Source: Frankiales bacterium
Lineage (GTDB): Bacteria; Actinomycetota; Actinomycetes; Mycobacteriales; SCTD01
Assembly: GCA_025966295.1 (NCBI GenBank)
Contig: JAOPVD010000012.1
Coordinates: 1 to 38,510, forward strand
Direction: 5' to 3'
DNA length: 38,510 nt
This document shows, piece by piece, positions 7,663 to 16,375 of the stretch. The notes beneath the pieces were generated by a model. That model ran no database searches and was not told the DNA's origin. It saw nothing but the letters and a program-made list of their open reading frames with translations. Both the position numbers and the translations under genes were made by a program. Numbering within the stretch: the stretch's first letter is position 1; each line of letters opens with the position of its first letter.

Positions 7663-9184
7663 CGGCCACCCCGGCTCCGTGCTGGGCCCGCAGGGCGCGC
7701 TTGTCCAGCTTGCCCATGGCCGTGCGTGGCAGCTCGTCGACCACCGTGAGCAGGCGCGGGCACTTGTAGTGCGCGAGGTGCGCCCGGCAGTGCTCGAGCA
7801 GGGCCTGTGCGGTCAGCGCCGGGTCGGCCACGACGACGAGCGCGCGCAGCTCCTCACCCATCTCCTCGTGCAGCACCCCGAAGGCCGCGGCGTCCACGAC
7901 CCCGGGCACCGCCGTCAGCACCGCCTCGACCTCGGCCGGGTAGACGTTCACGCCGCCGGAGACCACGAGGTCCGACACGCGGTCGGTGATGTAGACGTAG
8001 CCGTCCGCGTCGACGTGGCCCACCTCGCCGAGGGTGAACACGTCCGGCGGCAGGTCGGCGTCCTTCCCGTGCGACGGGTCGGCGTAGACCAGACCTCGTC
8101 CGGTCGCGTCGCGAAAGCACAGCCGCCCGGTGGTCCCGGGCGGCAGCGTCCGGCCGTCGGCATCGAGCACCAGCACCTCGTACGGCGGCACCGCGCGGCC
8201 GACCGACCCCGGGTGCGCGAGCCACTCGATCGAGTCGATGCTGTTCGTGGTCCCGACCTCGGTGCCGCCGTAGGCCTCGTCGAGGATGGGCCCCCACCAG
8301 GCGATCATCCGGCGCTTGAGCTCGACGGGGCACGCCGCGCCGGTGTGCACCACCTTGCGCAGCGAGCTGGTGTCGTAGGCCTTCCGGACCTGCTCGGGCA
8401 GGGCGAGCAGCCGCGCGAAGTGCGTCGGCACCATGACGCTGGCAGCCACGCGGTGCTCCTGCACGGCGCGCAGCACGCCCTCGGCGTCGAAGCGCGGCAG
8501 CACGACGAGCGGCGTGCCGGCCAGCAGCAGGCGCACCGCCGTCAGTGGGCCGGTGTGGTGCAGCGGTCCGACGACGAGGTGCGGGCTGAAGGCGGCGAGC
8601 GGGTTGGCGCGCAGCCGCTCGAGCAGCTCGCGGACGTCAGCTCCCCCAGGGAACGTCGTGGGTGGCTGCTCCACCGGCTTCGGCCGGCCCGTCGTACCCG
8701 AGGTGAACATGAGCGGCGGACGCGGCACGAGGTCCAGCGCGGCCGGAACGTCCGGCGCTGCGGCCAGGAGCGACTCCCACCCGCGGACATCCGCGGAGGA
8801 CGCGGAGCGCCACGCGAGGACGTCGAAGTCCCCCACGGCAGCCGCCGCCTGCACCGCCACCTCCAGCGTCTCGGGCCCAGCCAGCACGACGCGCGCCTGC
8901 GCCACAGTCAGCACGTACTCGACCTCGCCCGGCTTGAGGTGCGCGCTGACGGGGACGGCAGAGAGCCCGGCGAGGGCGATCGCGGCGTGGGCCACGACCG
9001 TCTCAGTGCTGTTGTGCGCGAGGACGGCGACCCGCCCGGCCGGCCCGGTGTCGAGGCCGCGCAGCACGCCAATGGCGCGGTCGAGGACGGTGTCCAGCTC
9101 GGACCAGGTGAGAGCCGTCCTGCCGTCGGTCACGGCAATCTCGCCGGGACCTCGCTCGGCGATGGTTTCGCGTAGGCCGCTCAT
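7652..9184 (-). CDS. AMP-dependent acyl-CoA synthetase/ligase
   Basis: 510 aa. It has the AMP-binding motif FTSGTTGRPKPV and a C-terminal GKLDKRAL. Its ATG overlaps the upstream stop (ATGA at 9181-9184). Confidence 0.9.
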   Translation of the reverse strand: MSGLRETIAERGPGEIAVTDGRTALTWSELDTVLDRAIGVLRGLDTGPAGRVAVLAHNSTETVVAHAAIALAGLSAVPVSAHLKPGEVEYVLTVAQARVVLAGPETLEVAVQAAAAVGDFDVLAWRSASSADVRGWESLLAAAPDVPAALDLVPRPPLMFTSGTTGRPKPVEQPPTTFPGGADVRELLERLRANPLAAFSPHLVVGPLHHTGPLTAVRLLLAGTPLVVLPRFDAEGVLRAVQEHRVAASVMVPTHFARLLALPEQVRKAYDTSSLRKVVHTGAACPVELKRRMIAWWGPILDEAYGGTEVGTTNSIDSIEWLAHPGSVGRAVPPYEVLVLDADGRTLPPGTTGRLCFRDATGRGLVYADPSHGKDADLPPDVFTLGEVGHVDADGYVYITDRVSDLVVSGGVNVYPAEVEAVLTAVPGVVDAAAFGVLHEEMGEELRALVVVADPALTAQALLEHCRAHLAHYKCPRLLTVVDELPRTAMGKLDKRALRAQHGAGVAVSG

Positions 9185-10677
9185 CGCAGCTCCTTCTTGA
9201 GGATCTTGCCCGAGGCGCCCTTCGGGAGCTCGTCGAGGACGCGCACCTCGCGGGGGTACTTGTAGGCGGCCAGGCGCTCCCGGCAGAAGGCCACGACCTC
9301 ATCGGCCGTGACGTGGGTGCCCGGCCGCAGCGAGACGACCGCCACGACCTCCTCACCGAGCCGGTCGTCGGGGCGCCCGAGGACCGCCGCCTCGCTGATG
9401 GACGGGTGGGCGTAGAGCACCTCCTCGACCTCGCGCGGGTAGACGTTGTAGCCGCCGCGGATGATGAGGTCCTTCTTGCGGTCGACGACGAACAGGAAGC
9501 CGTCCTCATCCTCGTAACCCAGGTCTCCGGTGTGCAGCCATCCGTCGCGCACCGCCTCGGCGGTCGCGACCGGGTCGCCGTAGTAGCCCTTCATGACGTT
9601 GTGACCGCGCACGACGAGTTCGCCCACGTGCTCCGGACCGCGCTTCAGCCTCCGGCCCTCCGCATCCACCACGTGGACGTCGACACCCCAGACGGGCTTG
9701 CCGATCGAGAGCAGCCGGCGGTCCTCGCGGCTGCGGTTGAAGGTGGCCGTGGCGCACGACTCGGAGAGCCCGTAGCCCTCGAGGAGCAGGACGCCGAACC
9801 GCTCCTCCACCTTCCGCAGCACCTCGCCCGGCAGGGCAGCGCCCCCCGAGACCGCCAGCCGGAACGGGCACAGGTCCCGGGCCGAGGTGTCCTCCCGCAG
9901 CAGGGCGTGGAACATCGTCGGGACGCCGAACACGATGGTCACGCCGTCGCGTTCCATGACGTCGAGGACGGCCTGCGGTTCGAAGCGCGGCAGGACCGTC
10001 AGGGTGCTGACGTAGCGGACGGCGACGCCGATCAGCGACAGCCCGTACACGTGGAAGAACGGCACGACGGCGAGCGAAACGTCGTCCGGGCCGAACCCGA
10101 ACAGCGCCCCCGAGATCGCGCTGTTCATGACCAGCTGCAGGTGTGTGAGCTGGGCGCCCTTGGGCCGGCCGGTCGTGCCGCTCGTGTAGACCAGCACCGC
10201 CGTGTCCTCCGAGCTGGTCGGCACGAGGTCGTCGAAGGGCTCGGCGTCGTACAGCAGCGCGAGTTCGCGGCAGCCGGCGGGAAGCGGTGCGCCGTCGGCC
10301 AGGGCGTACACCGGCAGTCCGTCGCCGGCGCGCGCCGCCTCGGCGGCGAATGGTCCGCTCGTGACCAGCAGGCTCGCGCCCGAGTCGTGCAGCTGGTGGT
10401 GTACCTCGCGCTCGCGCAGCTGGGGGTTGAGCGGCACGACCGTGAGACCGGCGCGCAGGACGCCGAAGTAGAGGGCGACGAAGTCGGGGCCGTTCGGCAG
10501 CTGGACCGCGATCTTCGCCGCCGCTCCGAGGCCGAGCGCGAGCAGGCTCGATGCCACGCGGCCGGAGCGGTCGTCGAGCTCGGCGTAGGTGACGGTCCTG
10601 CCGTCGTGGACGAGGCACGTCCGGTCCGGTGCCGCGCGCGCCGCCTCGCGCAGGACCGTGGCGAAGTTGAGGCTCAC
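9181..10677 (-). CDS. Long-chain-fatty-acid-CoA ligase-like adenylate-forming enzyme
   Basis: 498 aa. Motifs are YTSGTTGRPKGA, GYGLSE, TGDLGYEDEDGFLFVVDRKKDLI and GKILKKEL. There is a GTGA overlap with the echA-like stop at 10674-10677. Confidence 0.9.
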   Translation of the reverse strand: MSLNFATVLREAARAAPDRTCLVHDGRTVTYAELDDRSGRVASSLLALGLGAAAKIAVQLPNGPDFVALYFGVLRAGLTVVPLNPQLREREVHHQLHDSGASLLVTSGPFAAEAARAGDGLPVYALADGAPLPAGCRELALLYDAEPFDDLVPTSSEDTAVLVYTSGTTGRPKGAQLTHLQLVMNSAISGALFGFGPDDVSLAVVPFFHVYGLSLIGVAVRYVSTLTVLPRFEPQAVLDVMERDGVTIVFGVPTMFHALLREDTSARDLCPFRLAVSGGAALPGEVLRKVEERFGVLLLEGYGLSESCATATFNRSREDRRLLSIGKPVWGVDVHVVDAEGRRLKRGPEHVGELVVRGHNVMKGYYGDPVATAEAVRDGWLHTGDLGYEDEDGFLFVVDRKKDLIIRGGYNVYPREVEEVLYAHPSISEAAVLGRPDDRLGEEVVAVVSLRPGTHVTADEVVAFCRERLAAYKYPREVRVLDELPKGASGKILKKELR

Positions 10678-11477
10678 GCGACGGGGTCGGCAGCGAACCG
10701 CGGCCGGCGCTTGCCGAGGAAGGCCGCGACGCCCTCGCGACCGTCCGCCGCGCCGGCGAGGGCTGCGATGCTGGCCGCCTCGGCGTCGAGCTGGTCTGCC
10801 CAGCTGCGGTCCGGCGCGGCCCGCAGGAGTGCCTTGGTCGCGGCGAGCGCGGGCGCCGACCCGGAGGCCAGCTGCTCGACGAGCGCGTCGCCGGTCGCGG
10901 CCAGCTCGTCGTCCTCGACGACGCGGCTGACGAGGCCCCAGGCCTCGGCCTGCTCTGCCGTGAGGGTCCGGTTGGTCAGGGCGAGGTCCATCGCACGCGC
11001 CGGCCCGAACGCCCTTGCGAGGTGGGCGGAGACGCCGCAGTCAGGTGACAGGCCGGCGGCCGTGTAGGCGACCCGCAGGCGCGCTCGCCGGCCGACGAGG
11101 ACGACGTCCCCGGCGAGCGCGACGCCCAGCCCGCCACCGGCCGCGGCACCTTGCACGACACAGACCACGGGCACGGAGGCAGCGCGCACGCGGTCCAGTG
11201 CGGCGTGCGCTGCGGCGGCCACCGCGGCGACGTGAGCTGACGGGTCCGCCACGCCGGCGAACTCGGCCAGGTCACCGCCGACGCAGAAGGCCGACCCCTC
11301 GGCGTCGAGGCGCAGGACGCGCAGAGCGGGATCGCCCAGCAGCTCGGCGACCCCGTCGCGCATCGCCTCGACCATGGCGAGGTCGAGCGCGTTGCCGGCG
11401 TCCGGCCGAGCGAGCGTGAGCGTCCCGACCCCGCCCACAAGGCGGGTCCGAACGCGGTCTCGCAGCAGCTGTCCCAT
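10674..11477 (-). CDS. Enoyl-CoA hydratase/isomerase (crotonase) family protein
   Basis: The real start is ATG at 11477 (MGQLLRD..), preceded by GGAGG. The crotonase fold signature is FCVGGDLAEF ... VVQGAAAGGGLGVALAGD. Confidence 0.9.
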   Translation of the reverse strand: MGQLLRDRVRTRLVGGVGTLTLARPDAGNALDLAMVEAMRDGVAELLGDPALRVLRLDAEGSAFCVGGDLAEFAGVADPSAHVAAVAAAAHAALDRVRAASVPVVCVVQGAAAGGGLGVALAGDVVLVGRRARLRVAYTAAGLSPDCGVSAHLARAFGPARAMDLALTNRTLTAEQAEAWGLVSRVVEDDELAATGDALVEQLASGSAPALAATKALLRAAPDRSWADQLDAEAASIAALAGAADGREGVAAFLGKRRPRFAADPVA

Positions 11478-11529
11478 GGCACCTCCGCCGAACGGGCCGC
11501 CGGCACGGCCGCCAGGGACAGTAGGCCCG

Positions 11530-11548
11530 TGACACGGCTCACGTGTCA
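11530..11548. promoter_or_regulatory. Inverted repeat TGACACG-N5-CGTGTCA upstream of the hydratase/ligase operon
   Basis: Perfect 7-bp arms. On the minus strand the repeat contains a TTGACA hexamer (11544-11549). It lies 53-71 nt upstream of the start at 11477. Confidence 0.35.
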
Positions 11549-11553
11549 AGCAA

Positions 11554-11565
11554 TTCTCATGATGA
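11554..11565. promoter_or_regulatory. Copy A of the recurring AT-rich palindromic motif (TTCTCATGATGA)
   Basis: 11/12 match to TC[C/A]TCATGA[T/G]GA. It lies in the divergent intergenic region 11478-11697. Confidence 0.4.
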
Positions 11566-11650
11566 ACTGGCGGTCGCCGGCGCCGGACAGCCACGCAGCC
11601 GCCCCGCACGCACGGCGCGGCCCGGCAAGGAGGGGGTTGACGCTTTCCTC

Positions 11651-11662
11651 TCCTCATGAGGA
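11651..11662. promoter_or_regulatory. Copy B of the recurring motif: perfect 12-bp palindrome TCCTCATGAGGA
   Basis: A perfect palindrome that directly abuts a TANNNT hexamer (TAGAGT, 11664-11669). It lies about 36 nt upstream of the DoxX start (AGGAGG + GTG at 11698). Confidence 0.45.
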
Positions 11663-11697
11663 TTAGAGTCAGGTGGACCACGCTCTAGGAGGCCCCT

Positions 11698-12216
11698 GTG
11701 CTCGACCACCCGGCGGACCTCGGGCTGCTGCTGTTCCGGGTGGTCGTCGGCGTGGTCCTGCTGGCCCACGGCTGGAACCACGTGTTCGGCGGCGGCAAGA
11801 TCGCCGGCACCGCCCGGTGGTTCGAGTCCCTCGGCATGCGACCCGGGCTCCTGCACGCCTGGACCGCCAGCGTCACGGAGCTGGGCGCCGGGACGCTGCT
11901 CGTCCTCGGGCTGCTCACGCCCTTCGCTGGCGGCGCCGTGATCGGGGTGCTGCTGGTGGCGTGGGTGACCAACCACGCCGGCAACGGCTTCTTCATCTTC
12001 CGCCCGGGCGAGGGATACGAGTACGTCCTGGTTCTGGTGGCGTGCGGCGTCCTGCTGGCCTGCACCGGCGGCGGCGCCGTGTCGCTGGACCACGCACTCA
12101 ACGTCTTCGACGGCCCCGGCTGGCGCTCGGCCTCGCTGGCGCTCGCGGCCGGCTTCGGCGGCGCCGCCCTCACCCTCGGCGCCTTCTGGCGCCCACCGGC
12201 GAAGACGCCGGCCTGA
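11698..12216 (+). CDS. DoxX-family membrane protein
   Basis: 172 aa with four hydrophobic segments. The motif LLLFRVVVGVVLLAHGWNHV is typical of DoxX. The GTG start is preceded by AGGAGG. Confidence 0.85.
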   Translation: MLDHPADLGLLLFRVVVGVVLLAHGWNHVFGGGKIAGTARWFESLGMRPGLLHAWTASVTELGAGTLLVLGLLTPFAGGAVIGVLLVAWVTNHAGNGFFIFRPGEGYEYVLVLVACGVLLACTGGGAVSLDHALNVFDGPGWRSASLALAAGFGGAALTLGAFWRPPAKTPA

Positions 12217-12279
12217 GCCCGAGGTCGCGGCCCGTCGCCGTCCTCGCGGCGGTCGACGTGGTGCGCCGCGCCGCCTGAG

Positions 12280-13425
12280 TCAGACGCCGAGCCGCTCAAG
12301 CAGCTGCGCGCGGTGGTGCGCCGGGTCGCCGAACAGCAGGGAGCTGCTGCGGGCACGGCGGAAGTACAGGTGCGCCGGGTGCTCCCAGGTGAAGCCGATG
12401 CCGCCGTGCACCTGGACGTTCTCGGCCGAGGTGAAGACGAACGCCTCCGAGCACACGACGCCCGCCATCGCCGCCGCGACCGGGAGCTCGGCGCTCCCGT
12501 CCGCCGCCGCAGCCACCGCCCAGGCCACCGCCGAGCGCCCGGCGTCGACCTTCATCGCCATGTCGGCGCAGCGGTGCTTGACCGCCTGGAACGAGCCGAT
12601 CGGCCGGCCGAACTGCAGCCGGATCTTCGCGTAGTCGACCGCCATCTCCAGGGTGCGCTGCGCGCCGCCGAGCTGCTCTGCGGCGAGGGCCACGACCGCC
12701 CGGTCGAGCACCCGTTGGACGAGCGGCTCGGCCGCGCCGTCGCGGCCGACGAGCCGGGCGGGCACGTCCCGCAGCACCAGCTTGGCCAGCTTGCGCGTCG
12801 GGTCCAGCGTGCGCATCGAGGTGCGCTGCAGGCCAGGCGCGTGGCCCTCGACGGCGAACAGGCTCAGGCCCTCGTCGCTCCGGGCGACGACCAACAGCAG
12901 GTCGGCGAGCAGGCCGTCGAGGACGAAGGACTTGGTGCCGTCGAGGCGCCAGCTGCCATCGGTGTCACGTCGCGCCGAGGTCGCCGTCCGTGCGACGTCC
13001 CAGCTGCCGTCGTCCTCCGTGACCGCGAGCGTCGCGAGGCAGGTGCCAGCCGCGATGCGCGGCAGATGCTCCTCGCGGGCCGCGGCGTCATCGCCGAGCA
13101 GCAGCGCGCCCGCGGCCAGCACGACCGTCGAGAAGTAGGGCAGGCAGGCCGACGCCCGACCGAGCTCCTCGAGGACGACGGCCAGCTCGCGGAATGACCC
13201 CCCCGATCCTCCGAGCTCCTCGGGGACATCGATGCCGATCAGGCCGAGCTCCTCGGCCAGCTGCTTCCACAGCGCCGCGTCGTGGCCCGTCTCGGTCTCC
13301 ATGAGGCGACGGACCGCGCTCTCGTCCGAACGGCGGGAGAGGAAGGTGCGCAGCGCGGTGCGCAGCTGCTCCTGGGTCTCGTCGGGCCCCAGCCGGACCG
13401 GCGACCGCTCGATGGACAGCGTCAT
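12280..13425 (-). CDS. Acyl-CoA dehydrogenase family protein
   Basis: The real start is ATG at 13425 (MTLSIERSP..), which overlaps the upstream stop (ATGA). The C-terminus reads QVHGGIGFTWEHPAHLYFRRA, as in FadE-type ACADs. Confidence 0.9.
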   Translation of the reverse strand: MTLSIERSPVRLGPDETQEQLRTALRTFLSRRSDESAVRRLMETETGHDAALWKQLAEELGLIGIDVPEELGGSGGSFRELAVVLEELGRASACLPYFSTVVLAAGALLLGDDAAAREEHLPRIAAGTCLATLAVTEDDGSWDVARTATSARRDTDGSWRLDGTKSFVLDGLLADLLLVVARSDEGLSLFAVEGHAPGLQRTSMRTLDPTRKLAKLVLRDVPARLVGRDGAAEPLVQRVLDRAVVALAAEQLGGAQRTLEMAVDYAKIRLQFGRPIGSFQAVKHRCADMAMKVDAGRSAVAWAVAAAADGSAELPVAAAMAGVVCSEAFVFTSAENVQVHGGIGFTWEHPAHLYFRRARSSSLLFGDPAHHRAQLLERLGV

Positions 13426-14915
13426 GCGGTCGCCAGCTCGTCGCGCAGGACCCGGCGCAGCAGCTTGCCGGTCTCGTTGTGCGGCAGCGCAGGCAGGAAG
13501 TGCACCCGGGCCGGCGTCTTGGACGACCGCAGCCTCTCCCGGACCCACGTCTGCAGCTCCTGCTCTGTGGCCGAGCGGCCCGCGACGAGGACCACAGCCG
13601 CGTTGACGGCCTCCCCCCACTCGGTGTCGGGGATGCCGACGACAGCCGCTTCGGCCACCGCGGGGTGGGCGAGCAGAACGTCCTCGATCTCGCCCGGCGA
13701 GAGGTTCTCGGCACCGCGCACGATGACGTCGTCCGCGCGGCCGTCGACGTAGAGGAAGCCGTCCTCGTCCAGCCAGCCGCGGTCGCGCGTCGGGAACCAG
13801 CCCTCCTCGTCGAGGGCACGGTGGGACAGGTACTCCCCGGACACCTGCTCGCCCCGCACGTAGATCTCCCCCTGCTCCCCCGCCTGCACGGCGAGACCAT
13901 CCACGTCACGCACCTCGATCTCGACCGACGGCAGCGGACGGCCGACCGAACCCAGGCGGCGGCGTACGGCCGGGTCCTCGCTGGCGGCGGCGTCGCGGTG
14001 CTCCTGCGGCCCAAGGACCGCAATGGTCGAGCTGGTCTCGGTGAGGCCGTAGGCGTTGACGAGGTCGACGTCCGGCAGCAGGGCGAGGGCCCGCTCCACG
14101 ACGGTGAACGGCATCCGGCCGCCGCCGTACGACAGGTGGCGCAGGGCCGGCAGGCCCTGCCCGTCGCGCTCGAGCACCTCGAGGATCCGGCCCAGCATCG
14201 TCGGGACGACCATCGCCTGCGTGATCGCCTCCCGGCGCGCCAGCTCGACCCAGGCCTCCGGGGAGAAGCTCGCGAGCTGCACCATCCGCCGACCGGCGTA
14301 GACCGACGTGAGGACGCTCGAGATCCCCGCGATGTGGTACGGCGGGACGCTCACGAGGATGGCCTCGTCCTCGTCGGCGCCGAGGAACTCGACGCTCGAC
14401 AGGACGTAGGACACCAGGTGGCTGGCGCGTAGGACGGCCCCCTTGGGCTCGCCGCTCGTACCGCTGGTGAACAGGAGCACCGCCACCGCGTCGCCGTCGG
14501 GCTCGTGCTCGCCGGCTAACGCGGCACCCTTCTCGGCGAGCGCACCCAGCTCGTCCGGCGACACGACCTCGATCCCCTGCACGTCCGCGAAGCGGGCGGC
14601 CTGCTCCGGTGGCGCCACGACGACGGCGGGCGCGATCCGGGTCACCATGGCCTGCAGTTGCGCGTCCGCGAGCCGGTAGTTCAGCGGCACGAACGGCAGG
14701 CCGGCGTACGACGCGCCGTAGACGAGCAGGGGCAGGGCGCTGGACGTCACGTCGACCATGGCGACGTGCTGCACCCCCCGGGCCTTGAGCTCGGCCCCGA
14801 GGCCGCGGGCGCGGTCCTGCAGCTGCGCGTAGGACAGCCCGTCGGCCTTCGTGCCGACCGCGAGCCGGTCGGGGCATCCCTCGGCCGCCATCTCGAGCAG
14901 CATCGTCAGGTCCAT
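13422..14915 (-). CDS. Adenylate-forming acyl-CoA ligase (class I)
   Basis: 497 aa. Motifs are FTSGTSGEPKGA, AYGLTE, TRDRGWLDEDGFLYVDGRADDVI and GKLLRRVL. Confidence 0.9.
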   Translation of the reverse strand: MDLTMLLEMAAEGCPDRLAVGTKADGLSYAQLQDRARGLGAELKARGVQHVAMVDVTSSALPLLVYGASYAGLPFVPLNYRLADAQLQAMVTRIAPAVVVAPPEQAARFADVQGIEVVSPDELGALAEKGAALAGEHEPDGDAVAVLLFTSGTSGEPKGAVLRASHLVSYVLSSVEFLGADEDEAILVSVPPYHIAGISSVLTSVYAGRRMVQLASFSPEAWVELARREAITQAMVVPTMLGRILEVLERDGQGLPALRHLSYGGGRMPFTVVERALALLPDVDLVNAYGLTETSSTIAVLGPQEHRDAAASEDPAVRRRLGSVGRPLPSVEIEVRDVDGLAVQAGEQGEIYVRGEQVSGEYLSHRALDEEGWFPTRDRGWLDEDGFLYVDGRADDVIVRGAENLSPGEIEDVLLAHPAVAEAAVVGIPDTEWGEAVNAAVVLVAGRSATEQELQTWVRERLRSSKTPARVHFLPALPHNETGKLLRRVLRDELATA

Positions 14916-14919
14916 CGCG

Positions 14920-15219
14920 TCAGTCCGAGGCCGGCAGGGACTTGGCGTCCTTGACGCTCAGCAGGCGGCCGTCGACGGACAGGCTGCCGGCACCGCCCTT
15001 GGTGCAGAGCAGCTCCAGACCGCTGGCCGGGTCCTCGTAGCGCTTGCCGAGCAGGGCCCCGCCGTCGTAGCCGGGTGCGAGCTCAGCCTCGCCAGCCGGG
15101 CCGGCGCCCTCCGCCATCGGCTGGCCGCCGCACTCGACGGACACCGGCGATGCGGGCGCCCTGACCACGACCACCGTGGCCGTGCACACACCGCTCCGAA
15201 GACGGGTTCCTGCCTTCAT
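14920..15219 (-). CDS. 99-aa protein of unknown function with two degenerate desulforedoxin-like repeats
   Basis: The ATG at 15219 is preceded by AGGAGGAG. See the finding at 14920-15219. The stop lies 4 nt before the ligase start. Confidence 0.65.
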   Translation of the reverse strand: MKAGTRLRSGVCTATVVVVRAPASPVSVECGGQPMAEGAGPAGEAELAPGYDGGALLGKRYEDPASGLELLCTKGGAGSLSVDGRLLSVKDAKSLPASD

Positions 15220-15292
15220 GACTGCTCCTCCTGCTTGGGCCGCCACCTGCGGCTCCTGACGACTGCCGATCGTGCTCTCGTGCCCGTGCGGC

Positions 15293-16375
15293 TCAGCGGC
15301 CGGTGCTGCCCGCCACCTCGGAACGGTCGAGGACGTCGAGCGCCGAGCGGGTCAGCGCGACCACCTGCGCCCCGCGGGTCCCCATGCGCTCATCGGTCGT
15401 CTCGCCGCGCAGGTAGCGGGCGTACAGCTGCTGGAGGATGACGATCGTCTTCCAGCGGCCGTACGCCTCGTACCAGTCGATGTCGGCGATCTGCCTTCCG
15501 CTGCGTTCGCGGTAGCGCTCGACGACCTCGGCGCGCGTCGGGAGGCCGAGCCGGTCCACACCGGGCACGATGAGTACGACGTCGGGGCCGTCGGAGGGGT
15601 CGGGCCAGTAGTTCAGCAGGGTGCCGAGGTCGACCAGCGGGTCGCCGAGCGTCGTCATGTCCCAGTCGAAGACCGAGACGACCTGATCGGGGTCGTTGGG
15701 CGCGAACTGGCAGTTGTCGATCTTGAAGTCGTTGTGCACGAGCGCCGGCGGGCCGGACACCGGCATCCGCGCGGCCAGCCGGTCGCTCAGCTGTTCGGCC
15801 TGGCCGTCGCCGTCCTCCGGGGCCACGGCGTCCCAGCGCTTGCGCCAACCGGCGAGCTGCCGGGTGAGGAAGCCGTCGGGCCGGCCGAGGTCCCCCAGGC
15901 CGACGGCGACGGGGTCCACGGCGTGCAGGTCGGCGAGCGCGTCGACGACGGCGAACCCGATCCGTCGACCGGCGTCGGGCAGGTCGCTCATCGAGTCGGG
16001 GATGGCGTCCCAGACCACGATCCCGGGCCGGTACTCGACGACGAGAAAGTCCGACCCGACCACGGACGGGTCCTCGCAGAAGGAGAACGCGCGAGGCGCG
16101 CGGGGGTAGCCGGCGTACAGCCTCGACAGCGCCCGGTACTCACGTCGCATGTCGTGCGCACCGGGCGCGAGCACGCCGAACGGGGGCCGTCGCACGACGA
16201 GCCGACGGTCGCCGAACGACACCTGGTAGGTGAGGTTGGCCGAGCCGTTGGGGAACTGCAGGACCGTCATCTCGCCCTGCAGGCCCGTCACGTTCGCGCG
16301 CAGGTACGCCTCCAGCGCCGCCCAGTCCAGCTCCTCGCCGGCTCGGACGGGCGCGGTCTCCTGCCGGTCAACCAC
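15293..16375 (-). CDS. APH-fold phosphotransferase (aminoglycoside-phosphotransferase-like kinase; ACAD10/11- or LvaA-type by context)
   Basis: 360 aa. It has the catalytic loop VHNDFKIDN, the metal-binding VFDWDMTTLGDPLVDLG and an N-terminal ...LEAYL... The GTG start overlaps the end of the upstream ACAD by 8 nt. Confidence 0.9.
   Translation of the reverse strand: MVDRQETAPVRAGEELDWAALEAYLRANVTGLQGEMTVLQFPNGSANLTYQVSFGDRRLVVRRPPFGVLAPGAHDMRREYRALSRLYAGYPRAPRAFSFCEDPSVVGSDFLVVEYRPGIVVWDAIPDSMSDLPDAGRRIGFAVVDALADLHAVDPVAVGLGDLGRPDGFLTRQLAGWRKRWDAVAPEDGDGQAEQLSDRLAARMPVSGPPALVHNDFKIDNCQFAPNDPDQVVSVFDWDMTTLGDPLVDLGTLLNYWPDPSDGPDVVLIVPGVDRLGLPTRAEVVERYRERSGRQIADIDWYEAYGRWKTIVILQQLYARYLRGETTDERMGTRGAQVVALTRSALDVLDRSEVAGSTGR

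Noticed and set aside
15216-15221. TCATGA at the start codon of the 99-aa gene.
   Set aside because: It arises simply from ATG plus the neighbouring codons. The flanks do not match the TC[C/A]TCATGA[T/G]GA consensus.
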